From: an uncultured Verrucomicrobiae bacterium
GTDB taxonomy: Bacteria; Verrucomicrobiota; Verrucomicrobiia; Opitutales; Opitutaceae
DNA length: 64,000 nucleotides
Direction of reading: 5' to 3'
Assembly: GCA_963827125.1 (NCBI GenBank)
Contig: CAWHAC010000015.1
Span: forward strand, 31,061-95,060
Shown: positions 35,884 through 45,617 of the stretch, piece by piece
Layout: each line of letters begins with the position of its first letter
Numbering within the stretch: position 1 is the first letter of the stretch
Notes under the pieces: model-generated
The model's input: the letters and a program-made list of their open reading frames with translations, nothing else
Databases searched by the model: none
Told to the model about the DNA's origin: nothing
Program-made: the position numbers and the translations under genes

Positions 35884-37188
35884 TCAATGCGCCGGGGGAG
35901 GGGATGCGGGCGGCCGGGCGGGCAGCACGAACGGGGCGAACACCGCCGCCTGGGCGGCCGGGAAACGACCGTGAATGTGCACCCCGTCGTCGCGCAGTTC
36001 CTGGGCGTGGACCTGGCCGACCTCGTGCAGGCGGGCGATGATGTCGTAACGGTCGTGCGGGATGAGCAGTTCGGTCGCGGCGGATTCCCTGGCGATGCAG
36101 GCCGCGCAATGATCGAGGAGCCGGTCGCTCCCCTCGCCGGTCTTCGCGCTGACAAAGAGGGCGCCGGGCGCGAGCATGCGCGCCGTGTCGATCGCGGCGG
36201 GATCGGCGATGTCGGTCTTGTTGAACACGTCGATGATCGTCTTCTGGTCGGCGCCCAGCTCGGCAAGCACGCCGAGGGTGGTGGCGCGGTGGCGCGCGAC
36301 GTCCGGATTGGTGACGTCGAGGACGTGGATCAGGAAATCCGCGACGACCACCTCTTCGAGGGTCGCCTTGAACGCCTCGACGAGATCGTGCGGCAGCCGC
36401 CGGATGAAACCGACAGTGTCGGTGATCAGCAGCTTCTGGTTGTTGGGCAGCGCAAGCTGGCGCGTCGTCGGATCAAGCGTGGCGAAAAGCTTGTTCTCGA
36501 CGAGCACCCGGGACCCCGTGAGCCGGTTGAGCAGGCAGGACTTGCCGGCGTTGGTGTAGCCGACGATGGCGCACGTGGGCACGGGCACGCGCAGGCGCCG
36601 CTGGCGCTGCACGCCGCGCTGCTTGCGGACGTCGGCGAGCAGGGCGCGCAGGTGGGCGATGCGATCGCGCACGGTGCGCCGGTCCTGTTCGAGCTGCGTC
36701 TCGCCTTCGCCTCCGAGGGCACCGCGGCCGCGCTGGCGGGAAAGGTGCGCCCACGCGCGCGTCAGGCGGGGCAGGAAATACTCCTGGCGCGCCAGTTCCA
36801 CCTGGAGCATGGCCTCGCGGGTGTGCGCCCGGTCGGCGAACACCTCGAGGATCACCTCCTGCCGGTCGATCACCGCCATCCCGGATGCCTCCTCCCAGTT
36901 GCGCTGCTGGGCGGGCGAAAGGGACTCGTCGATGACGACAACGTCGGCGCCGGCCTCCCTGGCCTGCCCGATCAGCTCAGCGGCCTTGCCGTGCCCCAGC
37001 AGAAAGGTCGAAGAGGGCGACCGCAGGTTGACGAGGGCGCTGCCGACGACGGCCAGATCGAGATTCTCGACCAGTTCCCGCAGCTCGGCGAGCAACTCGG
37101 CGCCCTCGCCCGGCGGCAGGCGGGCAGTCTGGACGCCCACGAGGTAGGCGGCAAGGATGCGCCTGTTCTTGTCGAAAAGCTCGGCCAT
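35884..37188 (-). CDS. hflX: GTPase HflX
   Basis: HflX N-terminal domain, then G motifs (GYTNAGKSCLLNRLT, TLDPTTR, DTVGFI, NKTD). Confidence 0.95.
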   Translation of the reverse strand: MAELFDKNRRILAAYLVGVQTARLPPGEGAELLAELRELVENLDLAVVGSALVNLRSPSSTFLLGHGKAAELIGQAREAGADVVVIDESLSPAQQRNWEEASGMAVIDRQEVILEVFADRAHTREAMLQVELARQEYFLPRLTRAWAHLSRQRGRGALGGEGETQLEQDRRTVRDRIAHLRALLADVRKQRGVQRQRRLRVPVPTCAIVGYTNAGKSCLLNRLTGSRVLVENKLFATLDPTTRQLALPNNQKLLITDTVGFIRRLPHDLVEAFKATLEEVVVADFLIHVLDVTNPDVARHRATTLGVLAELGADQKTIIDVFNKTDIADPAAIDTARMLAPGALFVSAKTGEGSDRLLDHCAACIARESAATELLIPHDRYDIIARLHEVGQVHAQELRDDGVHIHGRFPAAQAAVFAPFVLPARPPASPPPAH

Positions 37189-37404
37189 GAGGATCCAGGG
37201 TGCGGGCGCGCCTCATCGGAGGCGAGAGGCAAAATCAGGGAGCCGCCCTTCCGGCGCATCCGTGGCTGCGGCCGGGGGCTCCGCGGGCGGGTGGGGAAGC
37301 CTCCCCCGGCGTCCCGGCGCGGCACGGCGGTGGAAACCGGGCCAGAATACCCCGGCCCGGCGGCCCCCGCCGGAGGGATGCGGGATGTTCCGTAAATACG
37401 AACA

Positions 37405-37881
37405 TTATATGAACAAAATATTGATCCTGGCGCTGCGGCGGGTGCGGGCGGCGGCGAGGTTCCTGATGAGGGCGAGCGACTCGTCGTATTCGCGCCGGCG
37501 CCGCGCCGTCCACCGCCGGTTCTGAGGGCAGTGAGCCGGCCGCAGGTTGGTCACCAGCAGGGTGGATTCCCGGAATCGCGCCAGGTCCTTCAGGCCGGCC
37601 AGCACGCGCTCGCGGGTGAAGAGGGGGGTGGCGGCCGTGGAGGATTCGGCGGCGTCCCAATGAAAAAAGCCGTGATCCTGGCGCCCTCCCAGCAGCCGTT
37701 CGAGCAACCGGCCGGCGGCGGCGGTGAAGACCGGGTCCGAGGGCGGGCGCGACTCCGCCTCCGCAAGGCTCGTGGTGATGGCCGACTGGATCTGCTGCGC
37801 GAGGTACAGGTCGTGTCCGGTGAGGCCCGCGAAGAGCGCGTTGATGAAATGAAGCCGGAGGAGGTCGTCGCGACGGGTCAT
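37405..37881 (-). CDS. Hypothetical protein, translationally coupled to nrdR
   Basis: 158-aa ORF whose ATG overlaps the nrdR stop (ATGA at 37878-37881). I recognise no family. The composition is protein-like, but the C-terminus is Arg-rich. Confidence 0.5.
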   Translation of the reverse strand: MTRRDDLLRLHFINALFAGLTGHDLYLAQQIQSAITTSLAEAESRPPSDPVFTAAAGRLLERLLGGRQDHGFFHWDAAESSTAATPLFTRERVLAGLKDLARFRESTLLVTNLRPAHCPQNRRWTARRRREYDESLALIRNLAAARTRRSARINILFI

Positions 37882-38336
37882 TTCTTCGGCTTCCCGAGAT
37901 TGTGGATCTCCTGCATGATGTCGGAGACGTCGCGGAATTCCTTGTACACGCTCGCGAAGCGCACGTAGGCGACCTGGTCGATGCGCCGCAGGTGCCTCAT
38001 CACCTCCTCGCCGATGGCGCGGCTGGGAATCTCGCGTTCATACTGGGCCTCCAGCGCATCGATGACGTCGTCGACGATCATGGTGATCTGCTCGAGGTCG
38101 ACCGGCCGCTTGTGGCAGGCGGCGCGGATGGCGTGCAGGAGCTTCTCCCGGTCGAATTCCTCGCGGCGCTCATCCCGCTTGATCACCATGATCCCGTCGC
38201 GGACCAGGTTCTCGATCGTGGTGAAGCGGTGCCCGCATTCGAGGCATTCGCGGCGCCGGCGGATCGTATTGCCCTCCTTGCTGATGCGGGAGTCGATCAC
38301 CTTGTCCTCGATCGAAGTGCATTTCGGGCAGCGCAT
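37878..38336 (-). CDS. nrdR: Transcriptional repressor NrdR (zinc ribbon plus ATP-cone)
   Basis: MRCPKCTSIEDKVIDSR...RRRRECLECGHRFTTIE, followed by an ATP-cone domain. Confidence 0.95.
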   Translation of the reverse strand: MRCPKCTSIEDKVIDSRISKEGNTIRRRRECLECGHRFTTIENLVRDGIMVIKRDERREEFDREKLLHAIRAACHKRPVDLEQITMIVDDVIDALEAQYEREIPSRAIGEEVMRHLRRIDQVAYVRFASVYKEFRDVSDIMQEIHNLGKPKK

Positions 38337-38438
38337 GAGTGGAACGGCGGACGACGGATGACCATTTGCGATGCGCAGGGGGCGCCCGCGGGCGCGGGGA
38401 GGATCTCCCCCCGGGCAACCGGCATCCGGCTTTGGCCG

Positions 38439-39005
<567 letters not shown>

Positions 39006-39104
39006 GCGCCCATTTACCCACAGGGCGGGCCAGGGGTCAAGTTCTACGCCCGGGCATCCCCGGGGCTTGCCAGCCCGGAGGGAGCATGCAAGTGATGGTT
39101 CCGC

Positions 39105-40041
39105 ATGTCTTCCGCCGCCTTCGTTTGCCCGCCCGTCTGGCAGAGCCCGCATGGCCGTCCGCTGCCGGCGCCGGGCGGGCGCACACTCGTCATGGGCATC
39201 CTGAATGTCACGCCGGATTCATTTTCGGACGGGGGCCGGCTCGCGTCGCCCCAGGCGGCGGTGGACCGGGCCGGCGCAATGCTGGCGGCCGGAGCCGATG
39301 TGCTCGAACGTCGGGGGCGAGTCGACGCGCCCGGGCGCGGCGCCGGTGGGCGCGCAGGAGGAATGCGATCGCGTGCTGCCCGCGCTGGCGGCGTTGCGCA
39401 AGGCGTTCCCGGACGCCCCGGTTTCCATCGACACGTTCAAGGCGGCGGTGGCGGTGCCGGCGGTCGCTGCGGGCGCGGACATCGTGAATGACATCTGGGG
39501 CGCCCTGCACGGGTGGACGGCGGAGGAGCGGCGGCGGGTTGCGGCGGCCCTGCAACGAGGCGAACCGCCAGCCCGCCCGCCGCGCTCGCCGATGGCGGAG
39601 GCGGTGGCCGCGTTGCGCTGTCCCGTCATCCTGATGCACAACCGGCCCGACCGGGACTACGGGGATTTCTGGTCCGATCTGCTTCTCGACCTGCGGCTGA
39701 GCCTTTCGGTGGCGCAGACGGCCGGCGTGCCCGGCCGGCAGATCTGGATCGACCCCGGATTTGGCTTCGCGAAAACCCCGCCCCACAATCTCGATGTGCT
39801 CAAGCATCTCGACCGGATCGTGGCGCTTGGGCACCCGGTCCTGCTCGGCACCTCGCGCAAGTCGACCATCGGCCTGGTGCTTGATGCGCCGGTGGACGAC
39901 CGGCTTGATGGCACCGGCGCCACGCTGGTTTGGGGAATCCAGCAGGGCTGCGCCATGGTGCGCGTCCACGATGTTGCGGCGATGTTGCGTTTCGTGCGGA
40001 TGGCTGATGCGATCAGGACCGGGCTCGCCTGGAAACCATGA
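39105..40041 (+). pseudogene. folP: Dihydropteroate synthase with a +1 frameshift (extra A at 39307/39308). This is either a genuine pseudogene or a sequencing error.
   Basis: Frame A gives ...[20 protein letters not shown]...AGADVL. Frame B continues NVGGESTRPGAAPV...IDTFKAAV...NDIWG...GFGFAKT...SRKS...VRVHDV. Removing one A from ctcgAAcgtc restores the canonical GADVLDVGGESTRPGA. Confidence 0.85.
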
Positions 40042-40403
40042 ATTCAGACACGCTCACGCTCTCCCGGCTGCGCTTCTTCGCCCATCACGGCATTTTGCCC
40101 GAGGAGGCGGCGCGCGGCCAGGATTTCGAAGTCACGGTGCAACTGGAACTGCCGCTGGGCGACGCCGGGCGCGCGGACGATCTCCAGCGGACGGTGGATT
40201 ACCGGGCGGTCCGCGAAGTGGTGCGCGGCGTCATGGAGGGGCCGCCGCGAAAACTCGTTGAGGCGCTCGCAGAGGCGATAGCCGAAGAGGTGCTTCTGGC
40301 CTTTCCGCCGGTGGACGCGGTCGGGGTCGAGGTCGTGAAACCCCGGCCGCCGGTTGACTTTGCCAGCGCCGGGCTGGTGGTGAGGATCCGCCGCACGCGG
40401 TAG
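40038..40403 (+). CDS. folB: Dihydroneopterin aldolase
   Basis: LRFFAHHGILPEEAARGQDFEVTVQL...TVDYRAV is a typical FolB sequence. Its start overlaps the folP stop. Confidence 0.9.
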   Translation: MNSDTLTLSRLRFFAHHGILPEEAARGQDFEVTVQLELPLGDAGRADDLQRTVDYRAVREVVRGVMEGPPRKLVEALAEAIAEEVLLAFPPVDAVGVEVVKPRPPVDFASAGLVVRIRRTR

Positions 40404-40552
40404 GGAGCGGGATGAAATCCGCCGGGACGGCCGGCGTTGCATTTCGGCGCTCCCGGCAGATGAATCACCAAGGCACACCATGACACCAAGGTCCGACGGG
40501 AGTCGGGAGTCGGAATGCAGAACCCGGGAAACGGCCCCATGGAGCGGCGGGG

Positions 40553-40586
40553 GTTTCGGGGTTTCCCGGTTTCCGCTTCCGGCGGT
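40553..40586 (+). repeat. GTTTCGG GGTTTCCCG GTTTCCG CTTCCGG short tandem repeats in the folB-folK spacer
   Basis: The 14-mer GTTTCCCGGTTTCC at 40561-40574 is identical to 26924-26937. An inverted copy, CCGGGAAAC, lies at 40524-40532. Confidence 0.6.
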
Positions 40587-40631
40587 CTCCCGTCGTCCCT
40601 GGCCCTCGGTGTCCCGGCGGTGAGGACATCC

Positions 40632-41153
40632 ATGATGGAACCCGTGCGGCAGGCGTTTATCGGAGTCGGAGCCAACATGGGCGACCGGTGGGCGGCGGTT
40701 TGCGGCGCCCTGGCGGCGCTGGCGCGGGCCCCGGAGGTGCTGGCGGTGGAATCGTCGCCGGCATACGAGACGATTCCCGTGGGCGTGCGGGACCAGCCGA
40801 AGTTCCTCAACCTCGTCGTGGGAATCGAAACGACTGCCGCGCCCGAACGGCTGCTGATGATCCTGCATGGGATCGAGGACGCCGCTGGCCGGCGGCGCGC
40901 GCGCGAGGTGCGCTGGGGGCCGCGCCCGCTGGATCTCGACCTGTTGTTCTATGAAGGGGAGGAGCGGGCGGGTCCGGACCTTTTCCTGCCGCACCCGCGC
41001 ATCTGGGAGCGGGCGTTCGTGATTGTGCCCCTGCGCGAGCTGCTTGGCCGGCCCGGGCGGTTCGAGCGGCCCCCGTGGGCGGACCTGCGCGCGCGGCTGG
41101 CGACGGCCCTGCCGACCGGGGGAACCGTGCACTGGAATCCGCCTCCGGAGTAA
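40632..41153 (+). CDS. folK: 2-amino-4-hydroxy-6-hydroxymethyldihydropteridine diphosphokinase (HPPK)
   Basis: AFIGVGANMGDR...SSPAYETIPVG...QPKFLNLVV...RWGPRPLDLDLL...LPHPRIWERAFV are HPPK motifs. Start at MMEPV. Confidence 0.9.
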   Translation: MMEPVRQAFIGVGANMGDRWAAVCGALAALARAPEVLAVESSPAYETIPVGVRDQPKFLNLVVGIETTAAPERLLMILHGIEDAAGRRRAREVRWGPRPLDLDLLFYEGEERAGPDLFLPHPRIWERAFVIVPLRELLGRPGRFERPPWADLRARLATALPTGGTVHWNPPPE

Positions 41154-41198
41154 AACCGGTTGCCATCGCCGGCGCCGGGGTCGAGTCTCCGGCGCTGC

Positions 41199-42380
41199 AT
41201 GTCCGCGCATTTCACGCTGCTCCAGACGGACCCCGCCACCGCTGCGCGGCGTGGGCGGCTGGTCACGCGCCACGGGGTCGTGGAGACGCCGGTTTTCATG
41301 CCGGTGGGAACGCAGGGGACCGTCAAGGCCGTCACGCCCGTGCACCTGCGCGAAATCGGCGCGCAGATCATTCTCGGCAACACGTATCACCTCAACCTGC
41401 GGCCGGGTTCCGATCTGATCCGCGACCTCGGGGGGTTGCATGCGTTCATGGGCTGGAAGGGTCCGATCCTCACGGACAGCGGGGGGTTCCAGGTCTTCAG
41501 CCTGGCCAAGCTGCGCCGGGTGCGCGACGAGGGGATCACGTTCCAGTCGCACCTGGATGGCGCGGCGATCTTCCTCGGCCCCCGCGAGGTCATGGCCATC
41601 CAGCGGAATCTGGGGTCCGACGTGGCGATGGTGCTGGACGAATGCCCCCCGTGGCCCTGCGAACGCGAGGTCTGCCTCCGCGCGATCGAGCGCAGCCGCC
41701 GATGGGCCGTCGCGTGCCGGGACGCCGCTGTGGAGAGCGGCTTTCTGGAGGCGGGGCACCAGGTTTTCGCCATTGTCCAGGGATCCACCTTCGACGATCT
41801 CCGCCGCGAGGCGGCGCAATCCCTCGCGGCGCTCGATTTCTCCGGATATGCCATCGGCGGCGTGAGCGTCGGAGAACCCGAGCCGGAGATGCTGAAGCAG
41901 GTCGCCGCCACCGCCCCGCACCTTCCGGCCGACAAGCCGCGCTATACGATGGGACTCGGCACCCCTCCGCAGGTGCTCCGGATGATCGCGCTCGGAGTCG
42001 ACATGTTTGACTGCGTGCTGCCGACCCGCGTCGCCCGCAACGGCCTGGCGTTCACGCCCGACGGCCCGATGAATCTGCGGAACGAGCAGTTTCGCACGGA
42101 TGGGCGGCCGATCGTCGAAGGGCTCGACAACTACACCTGCCGGGATTTTTCCCGCGCCTACGTGCGCCACCTTTTCGCCGCCGGCGAGATGCTGGCCGGA
42201 ACGCTCCTCACGATCCACAACCTCAACTTCTATCTCGATCTGGCCGCCCAGGCGCGGGCGCAAATCGAGGCCGGGGATTTTGACCCCTGGCACCGGGCGT
42301 GGATCACCCGCTATGAGGCCGGCGCGGCCGCGCGCAAGCGGAATTCGACCGCGTCGGCGGGCGCAGATTGCGAAGTTTGA
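41199..42380 (+). CDS. tgt: Queuine tRNA-ribosyltransferase (tRNA-guanine transglycosylase)
   Basis: ARRGRLVTRHGVVETPVFMPVGTQGTVK...ILGNTYHL...LTDSGGFQVFSL...GYAIGGVSVGE are typical Tgt motifs. Confidence 0.95.
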   Translation: MSAHFTLLQTDPATAARRGRLVTRHGVVETPVFMPVGTQGTVKAVTPVHLREIGAQIILGNTYHLNLRPGSDLIRDLGGLHAFMGWKGPILTDSGGFQVFSLAKLRRVRDEGITFQSHLDGAAIFLGPREVMAIQRNLGSDVAMVLDECPPWPCEREVCLRAIERSRRWAVACRDAAVESGFLEAGHQVFAIVQGSTFDDLRREAAQSLAALDFSGYAIGGVSVGEPEPEMLKQVAATAPHLPADKPRYTMGLGTPPQVLRMIALGVDMFDCVLPTRVARNGLAFTPDGPMNLRNEQFRTDGRPIVEGLDNYTCRDFSRAYVRHLFAAGEMLAGTLLTIHNLNFYLDLAAQARAQIEAGDFDPWHRAWITRYEAGAAARKRNSTASAGADCEV

Positions 42381-42466
42381 CCCTGTCGGACCGACGCCAT
42401 GATTGCCGCCAAGGGCGTCAAGCACGGCCAATTGACCATCACCACAACCGGAAAGAACCTTCCCCC

Positions 42467-44383
42467 ATGAGATTGACCCGGGTCGCGCTGCTCGCCACCG
42501 CCCTGTCTGTCCGCGTCGCCGCGGCGGACCCCGATGCTGTCGTCCCCTTGCCGGAGGTCGTGGTGACCGGGACACCGGTCATTCAGGAGAACGGACTGAC
42601 CCCGCTTGCCGGGCAGTTCACCGTGGTCACGCAGGACCAGATCACGGAGTTGAATGCGCAGGACTTGCAGTCGGCCTTGCGCGAAACGCCGGGCGTGGTG
42701 GTCACCCATTACGATCCTGTCGGCAGCTTTGGGGGAGGCCAGGGCGGCGCGGTGTTCATCCGCGGCATGGGTGCGGCGCGCCCCGGCGCGGAGATTCAGT
42801 TGTCCATTGATGGCATCGCGAACTACAACAGCCTGTGGACCCACCCGCTCCTGGACATGCTCAGCGTGGATGTTGCCCGGACCATCGATGTCTACAAGGG
42901 CGCGCAGCCCGTGTTGTATGGCAACATGGCGTTTGGCGTGGTCGACGTGACCACCAAACGCCAGACCGATCCGGGCTTCAGCACGAGCCTGGAAACCGCC
43001 TACGGCTCCTATGACACGTTTGCAGAAGTCGCCGAGCAGGGCGGCAAGGTGGGCGATTTTGACTATTACCTGGTTCAAAGCTATCGGTCGTCCGACGGCG
43101 ACCGCCCGCATTCTGATGGCGAGCTGCAGAACTATTTTGGGAGGTTCGGCTGCGCGCTGAACAAAAACTGGGAGGCGCACGTCGTGTTCAACCGCACGAA
43201 CAATTTCGCCGACGATCCGGGCGTGGTGAACAGCGGGTCCAACGACGGACGTTTCAACGACGACGATTATCTGACCATCGCCACGCTGGGAAATCATTAC
43301 GACAACGCCGACGGTTATGTGAAGGCATATTGGAATCGCGGAACGCTGGACTGGGTCGACCAACTCGATCCCAATACCCACCTGAACCAGGACATCACAC
43401 TGACCCGGTACGACAATTATGGCGTCAAGACCCGGGAGACCTTCAAGCCGTGGACCGGCGGTAAACTGATGTCCGGTGTAGACGTGGACTTCATCAGCGG
43501 CGAAGACTCCACCTTGACTGCCGGCACGCCTGCAGTTTTCCCGCGCACGACGTTTCAGATGGTTCAACCTTGCGCGTCGCTGAGCCAGCGGTGGAATCTC
43601 GACAACAACGTCTATCTCCAGCCGTCCGCCGGGTTCCGCTATTTCGACCACGACGTTTTCGCCAACGAATTCGCTCCCCAGGCAGGACTGGTGTTCGGCG
43701 TCAAGGATGCGGAATTACATGCCTCCTACGCCCGTGGCGTGAATTACCCCGGCATCTTCGTCGAAGCGTTGCCTGCGGTGAACGAACCGAGCTACCACAG
43801 TCTGCGCGCCGAGACGCTGGATCACTATGAACTCGGCGCCAGCCGCCAGTTCGGCCCGCTCGCCAAACTTGACGTGACCTTGTTCCACGACGGAGGCCAG
43901 AACCGGATCGTTTTCGATCCGACCAGGCCATATCCGTTTCCGTGGGAGAATATTGGCAGTTTTCACACCCAGGGGTTGGAGACCACGATGACCGTCACGC
44001 CGGTCCGCGATTTCTCGTTTTTCGGCGGAGTTACCATGCTCGAATCCGATCCCGGCAATCTGCCCTATGCCCCCAGGTGGACCGCCAGCGCCGGGGCGTC
44101 CTGCCGCTTTCTCAAACACTTCCGCCTCAGTGTGGACAGTCAGTACGTCGGCAGTCAAAACGCGCTGACGCTCGGTCCCACCCCGGGGTTCGCCACCAGC
44201 CCGATCAGCGGTTACACCTTGGTGAATGCGCGGCTCAGCTGCGATTTTTCGCTGCCGGGCTGGCGGCTCCACGGCCAGATATTCGTCAGCGGTCAGAACC
44301 TCACCAATGCCCGCTACCAGCAGCAATACGGCTACCCGATGCCAGGCGCCAACTGCATGGGCGGCGTCCGCCTGAACTTTTGA
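42467..44383 (+). CDS. TonB-dependent outer-membrane receptor
   Basis: Signal peptide MRLTRVALLATALSVRVAAA. Plug domain motifs (VVVTGTP...DLQSALRETPGVVV...IRGMG...IDGI...VYKG) are followed by a beta-barrel that ends in a terminal aromatic residue (...GVRLNF). Confidence 0.85.
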   Translation: MRLTRVALLATALSVRVAAADPDAVVPLPEVVVTGTPVIQENGLTPLAGQFTVVTQDQITELNAQDLQSALRETPGVVVTHYDPVGSFGGGQGGAVFIRGMGAARPGAEIQLSIDGIANYNSLWTHPLLDMLSVDVARTIDVYKGAQPVLYGNMAFGVVDVTTKRQTDPGFSTSLETAYGSYDTFAEVAEQGGKVGDFDYYLVQSYRSSDGDRPHSDGELQNYFGRFGCALNKNWEAHVVFNRTNNFADDPGVVNSGSNDGRFNDDDYLTIATLGNHYDNADGYVKAYWNRGTLDWVDQLDPNTHLNQDITLTRYDNYGVKTRETFKPWTGGKLMSGVDVDFISGEDSTLTAGTPAVFPRTTFQMVQPCASLSQRWNLDNNVYLQPSAGFRYFDHDVFANEFAPQAGLVFGVKDAELHASYARGVNYPGIFVEALPAVNEPSYHSLRAETLDHYELGASRQFGPLAKLDVTLFHDGGQNRIVFDPTRPYPFPWENIGSFHTQGLETTMTVTPVRDFSFFGGVTMLESDPGNLPYAPRWTASAGASCRFLKHFRLSVDSQYVGSQNALTLGPTPGFATSPISGYTLVNARLSCDFSLPGWRLHGQIFVSGQNLTNARYQQQYGYPMPGANCMGGVRLNF

Positions 44384-44444
44384 CGTTGTGGAGGGGTGCC
44401 CTGACGAGTCCATTCAGCGAAAGCCTCCAACCGGCCGGTTTTTG

Positions 44445-45086
44445 ATGCCTACGGATTCCGCAAACTGCTTCGACACGCTGGCCGCCGACCCCCGGTGGCG
44501 CGCCTTCGACGCGGAGGAACGCAGCAAGGTCGACGCTTTTGTCCGTCGCTGGGGGATCAAGCCGGGCGACCACGTGCTGGAACCCGGCTGTGGTGCGGGC
44601 CGCCTGACGGAGGTGCTTGCCGCCTTGACCGGGCCGGCCGGGTCGGTTGTGGCGTTCGATGCGTCGCCTGAGTTCATGTGCCTGGCGTCACAGCGCGGCC
44701 TGCCGCCCCACGTGAGCCTGCACATCGCCCGTCTGGACGCCTTGCCGCTCGCGCCGGACTCCTTTGATCACGTGGTATGTCTCAATGTCTTTCCCCACCT
44801 CACGCCCCTGCCAGAAACCGTGCTCCGCCTCGCCACGGTTCTCCGGCCTGGAGGAGTGTTCTGGATCGCCCACACCCGCAGCCGAACGATGGTCAATTCG
44901 GTGCATCGGGAGGGGGCGTCCGCTTTCCGTGATCATATTCTGCCGGAACCGGAAGAACTTGCGCGGTTGTTGCGCGCCGCCGGGTTGACTGCGATTGAAA
45001 TTGAGGACGGCGCCGACCACTTTCTGGCGCGAGCGGGTCGCATTGCTCCGGAAAACACCTCCGTTCATCCCCGTGGCCGGGTCTGA
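44445..45086 (+). CDS. Class I SAM-dependent methyltransferase
   Basis: HVLEPGCGAGRLTEVLA is motif I, followed by VVAFDASPEF and FDHVVCLNVFPHL. Substrate unknown. Confidence 0.75.
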   Translation: MPTDSANCFDTLAADPRWRAFDAEERSKVDAFVRRWGIKPGDHVLEPGCGAGRLTEVLAALTGPAGSVVAFDASPEFMCLASQRGLPPHVSLHIARLDALPLAPDSFDHVVCLNVFPHLTPLPETVLRLATVLRPGGVFWIAHTRSRTMVNSVHREGASAFRDHILPEPEELARLLRAAGLTAIEIEDGADHFLARAGRIAPENTSVHPRGRV

Positions 45087-45617
45087 ATCGTCCTCTGTTT
45101 GCACAGGGGAGAAGCTCGGGGTGCATCTGCCGATTGACGGTGGCGCGAGTGGCATGGGCGACCTGCCCTTGTTGCCTGGCGCGCGTCCACGGGCAGGATG
45201 CCCCTGCCACAACTGCGCGCGCCAGACGCTGCCGTCATTCGGGAGATGTGGCGCCTTTTTCCACCAAGCCGAATTGTTTTGAGCCCATGGTCACTTCTTT
45301 GGGTAACTCTCAGTAATAATGACCTCTGTGCCCGTTCGTCTCATCGCCCTCCCATGTTCGCTCGCCCCATGCCCGCCGTCTTCTCGCGACCCGAATCCAC
45401 TGCGATGTATCCATCCCGGCTTCCCGGGCGTCTAGAACCTCAATACATGCAAGGCGTCGGCCGAGGAGCATATTCGAAAAACCTTTCGACTTTGTGGCGC
45501 GGCCGGCCGTCAGTGCTGTTGGCGGGCTTCGCGCCAGTGTCTGGTCTGTGAACGTGAACCGAAGCCGATGAATGCTCCAGTCCGGCTTCTACAAGAAACT
45601 GCAGACACATCAATTTC

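Noticed and set aside
37395-37430. AT-rich patch with a perfect TATAAT (minus strand) as the hflX promoter
   Set aside because: There is no acceptable -35 element at 16-18 nt spacing. The patch lies about 215 nt from the hflX ATG and overlaps the stop region of the upstream ORF. I could not support it beyond noting the patch.
42381-42466. Riboswitch (for example cobalamin) upstream of the TonB-dependent receptor
   Set aside because: Only 86 nt are available. I see no B12-box-like GCCACTG core or extended conserved stems, only a partial copy of the CCTGTCGGAC motif.
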